Notes under the pieces: generated by a model | Told to the model about the DNA's origin: nothing | The model's database searches: none | What the model saw: only the letters and a program-made list of their open reading frames with translations | Shown: one piece after another, positions 19,140-29,865 of the stretch | Numbering within the stretch: the first letter of the stretch is position 1 | Layout: each line of letters starts with the position of its first letter | NCBI RefSeq assembly: GCF_002945325.1 | Contig: NZ_CP026606.1 | Span: forward strand, 240,001 to 272,000 | Source of the DNA: Methanococcus maripaludis | Lineage (GTDB): Archaea > AGJL01 > Methanococci > Methanococcales > Methanococcaceae | Direction: 5' to 3' | DNA length: 32,000 nt | Position numbers and translations under genes: made by a program

Positions 19140-19213
19140 CGCCCCCATCGGGATTTGAACCCGAGTCCACGGATCCGCAGTCCGCGAGGATATCCTAGCT
19201 ACCCCATGAGGGC
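19140..19213 (-). tRNA. tRNA-Arg, anticodon GCG
   Basis: Minus strand GCCCTCATGGGGTAGCTAGGATATCCTCGCGGACTGCGGATCCGTGGACTCGGGTTCAAATCCCGATGGGGGCG folds as a cloverleaf: acceptor GCCCTCA/TGGGGGC, T-arm TCGGG-TTCAAAT-CCCGA, anticodon loop CTGCGGA. No CCA encoded. Confidence 0.92.
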
Positions 19214-19214
19214 A

Positions 19215-19245
19215 TACTCAAATTATAATTACTTAATTTTGAGTA
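19215..19245. repeat. Perfect 8-bp inverted repeat TACTCAAA-N15-TTTGAGTA just upstream of the tRNA
   Basis: Read directly; begins 2 nt upstream of the mature tRNA 5' end. Confidence 0.8.
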
Positions 19246-19369
19246 ATCCTTTTTAATATACTCATAAAAAATATATTAATAGTTTTTGGTTATTTTAACT
19301 AATTTAAGCTAAATAATTTAAAAAATAAAAATTATTTCAATTATTTTTGTAATTTAATGTTTATTGCCA

Positions 19370-20080
19370 TTAATCCTTGCAAACTTTTACTATTTCTTTA
19401 ACTAAATCTTTTTGAATTCTTCCTGCATTTCTATCTCCTTGTGTACATGCAGCACCCCTAACACCTACAATGTCGCATCCTATTTCTTTTAACATTGGAA
19501 TTTCTTCAATTTTAATTGAACCTGCAAGAGCACATTTCATTCCATATTTATGTGTTTCTTCAACAAATTCTTTGAGTAAATCTAAGTCCATGTGATCAAA
19601 AAGTGTTTTTCCATCTTTTACTGCAGTATCTAACATTGCAACGTCGCATCCTGCATCCCTTGCAACTTTTGGAATAACTAATGGATCAACTGCACCTACC
19701 CGATAAGCATCAGCATATCCTGCAGCTACAACAATTTTGTTTTCCCCTGCATCTTTTACCGCTTTTGTAACATTTTTCATTACATCAAGTGCTTCTTGGT
19801 ACGACCTTGTACCGTAAAGTCCAACTTTGATATAATCAGCACCACTTACTGTTGCCCCTAGTGCTGCAAGTGTAACGGTTCCCGGTTTATATGGAACATC
19901 GCCTATTGCAGCACTTACAAGCATTCCTTTTGGTGTTGCTTCTCTTGTTTCTTTGATTACCCATGGAAAATTTGCACCTAATGAACCTTCAGGCGGGTTT
20001 TTAACATCAATAATATCAGCACCACCTTCAATTGCTTCGTAGGCTTCAGCAACGTCTTTAGGACTTACAAGAAGTATCAT
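19370..20080 (-). CDS. mfnB: (5-formylfuran-3-yl)methyl phosphate synthase (methanofuran biosynthesis)
   Basis: [42 protein letters not shown]...[25 protein letters not shown], matches the MfnB (former DUF556) pattern. Confidence 0.93.
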   Translation of the reverse strand: MILLVSPKDVAEAYEAIEGGADIIDVKNPPEGSLGANFPWVIKETREATPKGMLVSAAIGDVPYKPGTVTLAALGATVSGADYIKVGLYGTRSYQEALDVMKNVTKAVKDAGENKIVVAAGYADAYRVGAVDPLVIPKVARDAGCDVAMLDTAVKDGKTLFDHMDLDLLKEFVEETHKYGMKCALAGSIKIEEIPMLKEIGCDIVGVRGAACTQGDRNAGRIQKDLVKEIVKVCKD

Positions 20081-20284
20081 AATTTCACCCAGTGATTTCC
20101 GAATTTTACCTAAGATTATAAATATGTATTCATAGTTATTCTATCTGATTTATAATATCCAAAATTATTTAATGTATAAAAATTTAACGATTTGTATATT
20201 GTATTAATCTCTTAACAAGTAAAATTTACAAATACCTGTGATTTAACCTACAGGCAAACTATACTATATTTACTGGGTGTTAAT

Positions 20285-21538
20285 ATGGAAATTTCCCTTG
20301 TAATAGGGTACATATCCCTTTTATTTATTATCGGATCATTTATAGCCAAACTTGCTGATAGAATAGGTATCCCTGATATCCCATTACTATTGATTACAGG
20401 TTTGCTCATAGGCCCAGTATTAGGATTAATATCTCCAATTTATGCTCAAACAATTTTTTCTTTTGTTGGAACTATTGGTCTTATAATTCTTTTGCTTGTT
20501 GGCGCCTTTGAAATGAGATGGATTGTTTTAAAAAGAGTTTTAAAAACCGTTTTGAAACTCGACACTATTGGGCTGGTTATTTCACTTTTAATTTCTGGAA
20601 TAATATTTAGTTTTATATATGCACTGCCTTTCACAAACCCGATTGGATTTATTTATGGTGCTGTAAACTGTGCAACGGACCCTGCAACACTTATACCAAT
20701 ATTTTCGAAATCAGATGTTGATCCAAAAATTGCAGTAACGCTTGAAGCAGAAAGTGTATTTAACGACCCCCTTGGTATTGTTGCAACAACACTAACTCTT
20801 TCATCACTTGGACTTAGTAAAAGTGTAAATCCAATTCTTGATTTTGTTATGTTAGCATTTGGAGGCCTTGCTTTAGGTTACGTTGGAGGAAAAATATTTG
20901 AATTTGTAGTTTCAAAAGATGAATTTGGAGAATATATTGCACCATTAGGTGTTGGATCTGCAATGGCCCTATGGTTCTTTGGAGAAGACGTTGCCCCCCA
21001 TTTTTTAGGATACGGACTGAGTGGTTACATGGCTGTTGCTATTATGGGTCTTTACATTGGAAACGTAGTAACTAAAAAGCCTAAAAACTCAAAAGATATG
21101 CACAAAATGGCAGAATTCTGTACAGACCTTTCATCACTTACTAGAATATTGATATTTGTATTTTTAGGTGCAAGCATAAGCTTACCCCTCCTAAAAAGCT
21201 TTGGAATTTACGGTCTTCTTTGTGCTATCGGCACATTATTTATTGCAAGGCCAATAGGTGTTTTTATTGCAACTGCAATTCCACCTGTAAGTTCACTAAA
21301 AGAAAGAATTTATTTTGCGCTTGAAGGCCCCAGAGGAGTAGTTCCTGCGGCACTTGCGGCAATGATATACACAAATATTATGCACAACCCAGGAATAATT
21401 CCGCATTCGATAACGCAATATATGCCCCCCGAAATGATTGCAGGATCAATTCTTGTTGCGACATTTGCTACAATATTTTTAAGCGTTATTGTAGAGGCTT
21501 CTTGGGCATACCCCCTTGCAAACAAACTTTTTAAATAA
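20285..21538 (+). CDS. Monovalent cation:proton antiporter (CPA1-type Na+/H+ exchanger)
   Basis: 417 aa polytopic; GLLIGPVLGLI, NCATDPATLIPIF, ESVFNDPLGIVATTLTLS, ALEGPRGVVPAALAAM. Confidence 0.92.
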   Translation: MEISLVIGYISLLFIIGSFIAKLADRIGIPDIPLLLITGLLIGPVLGLISPIYAQTIFSFVGTIGLIILLLVGAFEMRWIVLKRVLKTVLKLDTIGLVISLLISGIIFSFIYALPFTNPIGFIYGAVNCATDPATLIPIFSKSDVDPKIAVTLEAESVFNDPLGIVATTLTLSSLGLSKSVNPILDFVMLAFGGLALGYVGGKIFEFVVSKDEFGEYIAPLGVGSAMALWFFGEDVAPHFLGYGLSGYMAVAIMGLYIGNVVTKKPKNSKDMHKMAEFCTDLSSLTRILIFVFLGASISLPLLKSFGIYGLLCAIGTLFIARPIGVFIATAIPPVSSLKERIYFALEGPRGVVPAALAAMIYTNIMHNPGIIPHSITQYMPPEMIAGSILVATFATIFLSVIVEASWAYPLANKLFK

Positions 21539-21550
21539 TCCGGTGATTTA

Positions 21551-22834
21551 ATGGAGAAACATGGCAATTACGATATTAAAAAAATCTGCGTTATTGGATT
21601 AGGATATATTGGACTTCCTACAGCTTCAATGCTCGCTAACCACGGCTATGATGTTGTTGGTGTGGATGTCAACGAAAAACGAGTAAACCAGATTAAAAAC
21701 GGTGAATTAAAAATTGAGGAACCAGGACTTTTAACTCTTGTAAAGGGTGCAATAAATTCAAAAAACTTAAATGTTCGGACCTCAGCAACAGAGGCGGATG
21801 CATTTATTATTTGTGTTCCGACCCCTGCACTTGCAACGGAAGATGGATCCAAAAAATGTGATTTAAGTTATGTGATGAGTGCAGTTGAAGCAATTTTACC
21901 ATTTGTAAAAGATGGAAACTTAATAGTAATTGAAAGTACAATCCCTCCGGAAACCACTAAAAAAATTTACGAAACACTTAATAAAAAAATATACGTTGCC
22001 CACTGCCCTGAAAGAGTACTTCCCGGAAAAATATTAAAAGAACTCGTTGAAAACGACAGGATCATCGGCGGAATAAATAAAAAATCTGCCGAAATGGCAA
22101 AAGAAATCTACAAATCATTTGTAGAAGGACAAATATATACTACAAACTCAAACACTGCCGAAATGGTAAAATTAATGGAAAATACTTACCGAGACATCAA
22201 TATCGCACTTGCAAATGAATTTGCAAAGATATGTGACGAAATTGGGGTTAATGTATGGGATGCAATAAAAATTGCAAACAAACACCCGCGTGTAAACATA
22301 TTAAATCCAGGACCTGGAGTTGGAGGCCACTGTATAAGTATTGATCCATGGTTTATAGTTGAAAAAACAAATAATGCAAAATTCATACGTGCCGCAAGAG
22401 AATTAAACGATAATATGCCAGCTTACGTTTGCAACTCCGTTCTTTCCGAATTAAAAAAATTGGGAATTGAAAAACCAAAAATATCGATATTTGGTGCAAC
22501 ATACAAAGGAAACGTGGAAGATACAAGAGAAAGCCCTTCTAAAAATGTTATTAAAATGCTTTTAGAAAATGGAGCAACAGTTTCAACATATGATCCCCAT
22601 GCTAGTTATTTTGAATACCCATTAAGCACATTAGATGAATGTATTTCTGGTTCAGACTGCATTGTAGTTTTAACCGACCACGACGTGTTCAAAACCATTA
22701 AAAAAGACGATATTGATGAAATATGTCCAAAACTCAAAAATAAAATTGTCTTTGATACCAAAAATATATTAGAACATAGTTTATGGAAAAAGGCAGGTTT
22801 TACGGTTAAATTGCTTGGTAATGGGGCATGGTGA
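21551..22834 (+). CDS. wecC: UDP-N-acetyl-D-mannosamine dehydrogenase
   Basis: [78 protein letters not shown]. Confidence 0.93.
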   Translation: MEKHGNYDIKKICVIGLGYIGLPTASMLANHGYDVVGVDVNEKRVNQIKNGELKIEEPGLLTLVKGAINSKNLNVRTSATEADAFIICVPTPALATEDGSKKCDLSYVMSAVEAILPFVKDGNLIVIESTIPPETTKKIYETLNKKIYVAHCPERVLPGKILKELVENDRIIGGINKKSAEMAKEIYKSFVEGQIYTTNSNTAEMVKLMENTYRDINIALANEFAKICDEIGVNVWDAIKIANKHPRVNILNPGPGVGGHCISIDPWFIVEKTNNAKFIRAARELNDNMPAYVCNSVLSELKKLGIEKPKISIFGATYKGNVEDTRESPSKNVIKMLLENGATVSTYDPHASYFEYPLSTLDECISGSDCIVVLTDHDVFKTIKKDDIDEICPKLKNKIVFDTKNILEHSLWKKAGFTVKLLGNGAW

Positions 22835-22838
22835 ATAA

Positions 22839-23939
22839 ATGTATAAAATAGGAATAATTCTTGGAACAAGACCTGAAATAATTAAAATGTCCCCGGTGAT
22901 TCGGGAACTAACTACTAAAAATTTTTTTTTGATTCATACTAATCAACATTATTCTGAAAATATGGATAAAATCTTTTTTGAAGAATTAAATCTAAAAAAA
23001 CCAGACTATAATTTAAATATCGGGTCAGGCAGTCATGGAGACCAGACTGGCAGAATGTTAATGGAAATTGAAAAAGTTCTTCTGAAAGAAAAACCCGATT
23101 TTGTACTTGTTCAAGGGGATACAAACACTGTTTTAGCCGGAGCCCTTGCTGCATCTAAATTGGGCGTAAAAATCGGCCATATTGAAGCAGGTCTTCGAAG
23201 TTTTGATAGAAAGATGCCTGAAGAAACAAACAGAGTTCTTACAGACCATATTTCAGAATTTTTATTTGCACCAACCAAAACTGCCTCGAACAATATTTTA
23301 AAAGAAGGAATTTCGGGCGAAAAAATACATATCGTTGGAAACACGATTGTGGATGCAACCATCCAAAACCTGAAAATTGCAGAAAAAAATGAAAAAGTTT
23401 GTAAATTTATATCCGAAATAACAAAAAATGAAAAATACTTTTTATTAACTCTCCACAGGGCCGAAAATACGGATAACTTCGAGATTTTATCAAAACTCGT
23501 AACTTCAATAAATAACATATCTAAAAAATATGAAAAAAACATAATTTTTCCAATTCATCCAAGAACGCATAAAAAATTAAATGAATTTGGATTAATTAAT
23601 GCACTTGAAAATAACCCTCTGATAAAAATAATTGAACCTGTTGGATACCTTGAATTTTTGGGTTTAGAAAAAAATGCAGAACTTATAATAACCGACAGCG
23701 GTGGCCTCCAGGAAGAAGCATGTATTTTAAATGTACCTTGTGTAACATTGCGGGAAAATACTGAAAGACCTGAAACTTTGGACGTAAATTCAAATATTTT
23801 AGCAGGTAGTAACCCCGAAAACATATTAAATTGTATTGAAAAAATGCTAAAATCAAATAGACACTGGAATAACCCATTTGGGGACGGAAATTCTGGAAAA
23901 AATATTGTGAACATTGTTTTTGGCGAAAAAAAGCCTTAA
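22839..23939 (+). CDS. wecB: UDP-N-acetylglucosamine 2-epimerase (non-hydrolysing)
   Basis: GTRPEIIKMSPVIREL, VQGDTNTVLAGALAASKLGVKIGHIEAGLRSFDRKMPEETNR, TDSGGLQEEA. RBS GGTGAATAAATG. Confidence 0.96.
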   Translation: MYKIGIILGTRPEIIKMSPVIRELTTKNFFLIHTNQHYSENMDKIFFEELNLKKPDYNLNIGSGSHGDQTGRMLMEIEKVLLKEKPDFVLVQGDTNTVLAGALAASKLGVKIGHIEAGLRSFDRKMPEETNRVLTDHISEFLFAPTKTASNNILKEGISGEKIHIVGNTIVDATIQNLKIAEKNEKVCKFISEITKNEKYFLLTLHRAENTDNFEILSKLVTSINNISKKYEKNIIFPIHPRTHKKLNEFGLINALENNPLIKIIEPVGYLEFLGLEKNAELIITDSGGLQEEACILNVPCVTLRENTERPETLDVNSNILAGSNPENILNCIEKMLKSNRHWNNPFGDGNSGKNIVNIVFGEKKP

Positions 23940-23955
23940 ATCAAGAATATATTTG

Positions 23956-23965
23956 CCCATATGGG
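23956..23965. promoter_or_regulatory. Palindrome CCCATATGGG immediately upstream of a TATA-like tatatttttatatag
   Basis: Read directly; located in the probable promoter of the nbp35/apbC homologue. Confidence 0.5.
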
Positions 23966-24031
23966 TATATTTTTATATAGTATGTTATTCATTATATAAG
24001 TGATATTTATTTAACTTCTATCGGTGAGATT

Positions 24032-24901
<870 letters not shown>

Positions 24902-24941
24902 CTTAAATTTTTTATTTTTATCCCTGATTTTAGGTGTATCA

Positions 24942-25964
24942 ATGCTTCCAAATAAAAAGGCACTCGATTTAATTAAAATTTACATGGAAAAAGATTTTAC
25001 TTCAGAAAATTTAAAAGAACTAACCAAAAAACTAATAGAATTGGATTTACTTGTAAAAACAGAAGATGAAACATTTACTGTTAGATCAGACGACCCTGAA
25101 GAACTCATGCATTCGAGAGTTGGTGCTTTAAAAGAAGGTATTGAAAAATTTGCAGTTCCTTCAAACGTTAAAGAAATAAAAAATCCAAAAATTTTGGATC
25201 TTTGCAGCGGTATGGGCTACAATGCAGTTTCCGCACTTCATTATAACATCAATTCTGAAATAGATATAGTAGAATACAGTAAAGAAATGCTTTTTCTATC
25301 CCTTGCACTTGATATTCCAATGAACGAACATTTTATAATAAAAAATGCAATATCTGAATTTTTTAAGGGAAATAAGAATCAAAAAATTAGAATTTTTAAC
25401 GAAGATGCAAGATTTACACTTTTAAGAAAAGATTTGAAAAAATACGAGTGTGTATTTCATGATGCTTTTTCGCCCTTAAATGACCCAGTATTATATACAG
25501 TTGAGTTTTTAAAGTTAATTTACGAAAATATGGCAGATTCTGGTGTTTTAATATCGTATTCTTCATCAATTCCATTTAGGAGTGCACTTGTAGAGTGCGG
25601 ATTTATAATTTCTGAAGGTCCATCAGTTGGAAGAAAAAGAGGGGCTACATTAGCATACAAAAATCCAAATGAACTACAAAAAAAAGAAATAAAAAGAATT
25701 CCTGAAAGTGATGAGCGATTAATTGCATTAGCTAGTGTTGGAATTTCATTTTACGATAAAAATTTGAATTTAAATTCTTCTGAAATAATTAAAAATAGAG
25801 AAATTGATCGGGAAAACTTGAAAAATCTGCTCGGAGATAAATATTACTCAACTACAAAAATTAAAAGCGGAAAGATAGATGAAAAACTCTTAGAAATTCA
25901 AAAAGAAGATCTAAACTCATCTGAAATCATTAAAAAAATGAAAAAAATATATCTTAAAAATTAA
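24942..25964 (+). CDS. MnmC-like (DUF752-type) SAM-dependent methyltransferase
   Basis: KILDLCSGMGYNAVSALHYN, VFHDAFSPLNDPVLYTVEFLKLIYENMADSGVLISYSSSIPFRSALVECGFIISEGPSVGRKRGATLA. Listed ORF overextends at the 5' end; ATG at 24942 chosen. Confidence 0.8.
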   Translation: MLPNKKALDLIKIYMEKDFTSENLKELTKKLIELDLLVKTEDETFTVRSDDPEELMHSRVGALKEGIEKFAVPSNVKEIKNPKILDLCSGMGYNAVSALHYNINSEIDIVEYSKEMLFLSLALDIPMNEHFIIKNAISEFFKGNKNQKIRIFNEDARFTLLRKDLKKYECVFHDAFSPLNDPVLYTVEFLKLIYENMADSGVLISYSSSIPFRSALVECGFIISEGPSVGRKRGATLAYKNPNELQKKEIKRIPESDERLIALASVGISFYDKNLNLNSSEIIKNREIDRENLKNLLGDKYYSTTKIKSGKIDEKLLEIQKEDLNSSEIIKKMKKIYLKN

Positions 25965-25977
25965 GTTTTTTAATAAA

Positions 25978-26856
25978 TTAATACCCGTTTGCATAATTTA
26001 AAGCTTCATCGATTAAGTTTTGAGCGATATCTACATCAGAAATTCTTGAAAGTCCTTCCCATGAAGGACATGCATTTACTTCGATAACTTTTAATCCATC
26101 GCTGCTTTCGAGTATATCTACACCTGCATAAACGAGCCCTACTGCATCTTTTGCAGCAAGCACGATTTTACTTAACTCTTCAGTTATTTCGCACTTTTCT
26201 GGAACTCCGTTTTGGTGAATATTTGTAATCCAGTTGTCAGACGTTCTATACATTGCAGAAATTACCTTATCCCCAACTGCAAATGCTCGAATGTCCCTAT
26301 AAACGTTATTTGGATTGTTTACAAATTCTTGCATATAAATTACGCCGTGAGTGCTTTTAAAAGTATTTAACGCTTTTAATTTTGCAACGGTTGATCTACC
26401 CTTAACCCTTACAAGGCCTTTTCCCTGATTTCCAAAAAGAGGTTTTAAAACAACGTCTTCAAATTTATCTGCTGCGATTAACGCTTTATTTACATCTTCT
26501 GCGACTATCGTCTTTGGATGCGGAATTTTATGAACTTCCATTAAAAATGAGGTCCTGAATTTATTTCCTGCATTTTCAATCCCATCCATCGGGTTTATTA
26601 CAGGTACGTAATTTTCAAGGTATTTTAACATGTCAAACCTGTGAAACATTTCGACCCCTTCACCGATGTTTCTAACAAAAGCGCATTTTAAATCGAGTAT
26701 GCTTCTATTATTCTGTTCAAACTTAACTTCCGATTCGATATAAGAAATTATTTTTGAGGGCTGTATAATAACTGGGCCTATATCATTTTTTTCCATTTTG
26801 GACTTCAACTCATCGGTTACCCAGTCCCGTTCTTCAGAAATTATTCCCATTCTCAT
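25978..26856 (-). CDS. mptN: RimK-type ATP-grasp ligase, probably tetrahydromethanopterin:alpha-L-glutamate ligase (MptN)
   Basis: ATP-grasp motifs VVLKPLFGNQGKGLVRVKG, VNNPNNVYRDIRAFAVGDKVISAMYR, GLKVIEVNACPSWEGL. Confidence 0.75.
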   Translation of the reverse strand: MRMGIISEERDWVTDELKSKMEKNDIGPVIIQPSKIISYIESEVKFEQNNRSILDLKCAFVRNIGEGVEMFHRFDMLKYLENYVPVINPMDGIENAGNKFRTSFLMEVHKIPHPKTIVAEDVNKALIAADKFEDVVLKPLFGNQGKGLVRVKGRSTVAKLKALNTFKSTHGVIYMQEFVNNPNNVYRDIRAFAVGDKVISAMYRTSDNWITNIHQNGVPEKCEITEELSKIVLAAKDAVGLVYAGVDILESSDGLKVIEVNACPSWEGLSRISDVDIAQNLIDEALNYANGY

Positions 26857-26895
26857 ATTAACACCATAAAAATTATAAAAACAATAATATTTGTC

Positions 26896-27330
26896 TTAAA
26901 AATCTGAAAACATTTTTTTAATTTTAACGTTTAGCGGCGTCGGATTGTGGAATGCCCTTGCCATTTCAGCATTAACTCCGTTTTCAGTTAAAATCTGGAG
27001 CAACTCTTCGTTAAATTCTTTTCCAAAAACAATTGCTGACGTATTTACATTGTGCGTCATTTTGTAGGTTACAATGTAATTAACTGCCGCATCGTTGTGT
27101 GCAAAACCGATAATATGATCAACTTCGGCTCTGGTTTTTAAACCTTTATCGATTGGTTGAAAACCGATTCCAGTTAGATAATACTTTTCAGGATCCGCAG
27201 ACTCAATTAATTTCAAAGCTGCAGGGTTTGCTGAAACGATTACTTCGTGTCCTTTGTTTTTAAGCATATTTAGTAAAAACATGAACGCAGGTACCAAAAC
27301 AGGGGGTTCAGGACATCCCAAAATTATCAT
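26896..27330 (-). CDS. DUF1890-like methanogen protein
   Basis: MIILGCPEPPVLVPAFMFLLNMLKNKGHEVIVSANPAALKLIESADPEKYY; family recalled from memory. Start trimmed to MIILG. Confidence 0.65.
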   Translation of the reverse strand: MIILGCPEPPVLVPAFMFLLNMLKNKGHEVIVSANPAALKLIESADPEKYYLTGIGFQPIDKGLKTRAEVDHIIGFAHNDAAVNYIVTYKMTHNVNTSAIVFGKEFNEELLQILTENGVNAEMARAFHNPTPLNVKIKKMFSDF

Positions 27331-27436
27331 TATTCTCAAAAATACCACCAAAGTATATTAAAAGTATATAATTTTATCAATAAAAGATATTAATATTTTC
27401 CGATATTTCAAAACTTAAAATCTATTTTTGGCTACC

Positions 27437-27475
27437 ATCTGATTTATATAATATTATAGTGATAGAATATCAGAT
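27437..27475. promoter_or_regulatory. Inverted repeat ATCTGAT-N25-ATCAGAT flanking a TATA-rich segment upstream of padR
   Basis: Arms 27437-27443 and 27469-27475 with tttatataatattatag between. Confidence 0.5.
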
Positions 27476-27533
27476 ATATATAACATTTAATTTAGGACTT
27501 TAAACCCCCCGAATAGAATAGATTGGTGTTTTA

Positions 27534-28085
27534 ATGGATGAAAAAATTGAAATTTCGAATGTAGAATCTGCAGTTTTAGGTTTGCTCCTTGAAAAACCGA
27601 TGTATGGTTATGAAATTGAAAAAATAATCGAAGAAAGGAAAATGAGGCAGTGGACAGAAATTGCATTTTCGTCAATATACTATGTCTTAAAAAAATTGGA
27701 AGAAAAACAAATTGTTGAAAGTGAAACTGAAAATAAATGTGGAAGAGCTCGAAAGATTTATTTTGCAACGGATTTAGGAAAAAAAATAATGCGAAAAAAA
27801 GTAAAAGAACTCATTTCAAATTATGAAAAGACGATATCGGGTTTTGACCTTGGAATGAGTAATTTGGATATTTTATCAAAAGAAGAAGCTTTAGAATGTT
27901 TTGAAAATTACATTAAATCAGTTGAACATGTAATTAACCGCATATATGAGGTCAACAGCACAGTTAAAAAATATAACCGTCCAGACCATGTCCTTGCTCT
28001 TTCAAATAGATTATTAGCACATTTAAACACTGAAAAAGAATTTATTCAGGAATTTAAAGAAAAATTTAAAGAAAATGAAAATTAA
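27534..28085 (+). CDS. PadR-family transcriptional regulator
   Basis: AVLGLLLEKPMYGYEIEKIIEERKMRQWTEIAFSSIYYVLKKLEEKQIVES...GRARKIYFATDLGKK, typical PadR winged helix. Confidence 0.93.
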   Translation: MDEKIEISNVESAVLGLLLEKPMYGYEIEKIIEERKMRQWTEIAFSSIYYVLKKLEEKQIVESETENKCGRARKIYFATDLGKKIMRKKVKELISNYEKTISGFDLGMSNLDILSKEEALECFENYIKSVEHVINRIYEVNSTVKKYNRPDHVLALSNRLLAHLNTEKEFIQEFKEKFKENEN

Positions 28086-28108
28086 AAAATTTAAAATTTG
28101 TGAGAATT

Positions 28109-29452
28109 ATGGCATACAAAAGTGAATTTTTAGGAACAGAAGATGTTAAAAAACTTTTAGTTAAACTTTCGGTCCCTGCAATAATTGGAATGCTCATCAT
28201 GGCACTTTACAATATAGTCGATGGATTTTTTATTGGCCGATGGGTTGGAACAGCTGCATTTACAGGAATAGCATTGATATTCCCATTCCAAATGATGATT
28301 ATGGCATTTGGAGTAACTTTTGGAATTGGAGGATCGTCCCTTTTATCGAGAAAACTTGGTGAAGGAAATTTAGACCTTGCAAGAAAAGCTGGAGGAAATG
28401 CAATCAGCAGCGTTTTGATTTTATCAGTATTGATAACAATTGTCGGGGTTATATTTATGGTTCCAATTTTAAACCTCCTTGGAACTTCTGCAGACATATT
28501 CCCTTACGCAAAAGACTACTACGAAATAATACTCTATGGAACAATATTCAACAGCTACCTAGTTGCTGCAAACAACCTTGTTCGTGCAGAGGGAATGGCA
28601 AAAATTGCAATGTTTGCAATGGTTGTCCCTGCAATTATAAACATAATTCTTGATCCAATATTAATCATAGTATTCAATATGGGAATCAAAGGTGCAGCAA
28701 TTGCAACGGTACTATCCCAAATTATCGGTGTAATTTATATTATAAAACACCAGTTTGGAAAAAATACGAGCATTAAATACGCAATGAATGATTTTTTAAT
28801 CAACCTTAAGATTTTAAAAGAAACAGTATTTATTGGAGCTTCTGAATTTGCAAAACTGATTATAAGTAGCATTCTTTTGATCCTTGGAAATAATTTGCTT
28901 GGAATATATGGTGGAGATATTGCAATTGCAATTTACGGAGTAATTATGAGAATCGCAATGCTTTTACTCATGCCCGTTTTGGGAATTGTGCAGGGTTTTC
29001 AGCCAATTGTTGGATATAACTACGGAAAAGGACAGTTAAATAGGGTCAGCGAATCAATAAAACTCGCATTAGTTGGAACTTCGGGCCTCTGTTTACTTGG
29101 ATTTATACTTGTAATGATATTCCCAGAAAAATTCATCCAGATATTCATAACTGATCCAGAAGTAATTTCACAAGGAGTTTTTGCAACAAGAATATTCTTC
29201 ATGTTTTCGTTCCTTATCGGGGCTCAAATGACAATAGGTGGGTTATACCAGTCACTTGGTAAAGCAAAACCTGCATTTATCATTTCTTGCGCAAGGCAGA
29301 CTTTATTCTTGATGCCTGCATTGATTATTCTTCCATTATTCTTTGGATTGAACGGAATATGGTTTTCATTCCCAATTGGAGATTTGTTAGGCTTCACTCT
29401 TGCAAGCGGCATTATATTCAAAGATAGAAAATCATTAAACCTATCTTCTTAA
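28109..29452 (+). CDS. MATE-family efflux transporter
   Basis: LLVKLSVPAIIGMLIMALYNIVDGFFIGRWVG, FQPIVGYNYGKG, 12 hydrophobic segments. ATG at 28109 preferred over the GTG at 28100. Confidence 0.93.
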   Translation: MAYKSEFLGTEDVKKLLVKLSVPAIIGMLIMALYNIVDGFFIGRWVGTAAFTGIALIFPFQMMIMAFGVTFGIGGSSLLSRKLGEGNLDLARKAGGNAISSVLILSVLITIVGVIFMVPILNLLGTSADIFPYAKDYYEIILYGTIFNSYLVAANNLVRAEGMAKIAMFAMVVPAIINIILDPILIIVFNMGIKGAAIATVLSQIIGVIYIIKHQFGKNTSIKYAMNDFLINLKILKETVFIGASEFAKLIISSILLILGNNLLGIYGGDIAIAIYGVIMRIAMLLLMPVLGIVQGFQPIVGYNYGKGQLNRVSESIKLALVGTSGLCLLGFILVMIFPEKFIQIFITDPEVISQGVFATRIFFMFSFLIGAQMTIGGLYQSLGKAKPAFIISCARQTLFLMPALIILPLFFGLNGIWFSFPIGDLLGFTLASGIIFKDRKSLNLSS

Positions 29453-29521
29453 ATTCTTAAAAAATTATTTTAAATTTTTATTTTTAAAAAAAGTATTTAT
29501 AAAAAATTTTGAAATTTAAGT

Positions 29522-29839
29522 TTACCAAAACTTCAATTTTGAAAGTATTCCTTTCTTTTCGCCAGTCTCTTTAATTTTTTCGTGGGATTTCATGTACTGA
29601 TTTAATGGAACCCTGAGTACGTGGCTTCCGTAGCAGGGTTTTGTAAATGGAAAAATTACAAAATCATCATCATAAGCAACTGGAATTGGAGGAAGTCCAA
29701 TAAGCATTACTCCTTCCAATATTTCGTCTCCAGGGTTAAACTCACGAATATTTTTGTAATTTTTTTTAATATAATCACTACATTCTTTAAATGAACCTTT
29801 TAAGAGAATTTCATGGTTATAATTATCAATACATGACAT
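29522..29839 (-). CDS. Small conserved methanogen protein (possibly DUF1894-like)
   Basis: MSCIDNYNHEILLKGSFKECSDYIKKNYKNIREFNPGDEILEGVMLIGLPPIPVAYD; RBS GGTGATTTTATG. Family assignment is from memory and uncertain. Confidence 0.6.
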   Translation of the reverse strand: MSCIDNYNHEILLKGSFKECSDYIKKNYKNIREFNPGDEILEGVMLIGLPPIPVAYDDDFVIFPFTKPCYGSHVLRVPLNQYMKSHEKIKETGEKKGILSKLKFW

Positions 29840-29865
29840 AAAATCACCCAATAAAAAATTAAAAG

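Noticed and set aside
19140-19213. tRNA-Arg as an integration site for an accessory element
   Set aside because: No integrase and no obvious duplicated tRNA 3' fragment nearby; flanking genes are housekeeping.
22939-23914. Minus-strand ORFs of 71, 143, 119 and 64 aa inside wecB
   Set aside because: Antisense shadows of a well-supported epimerase gene; composition typical of out-of-frame translation.
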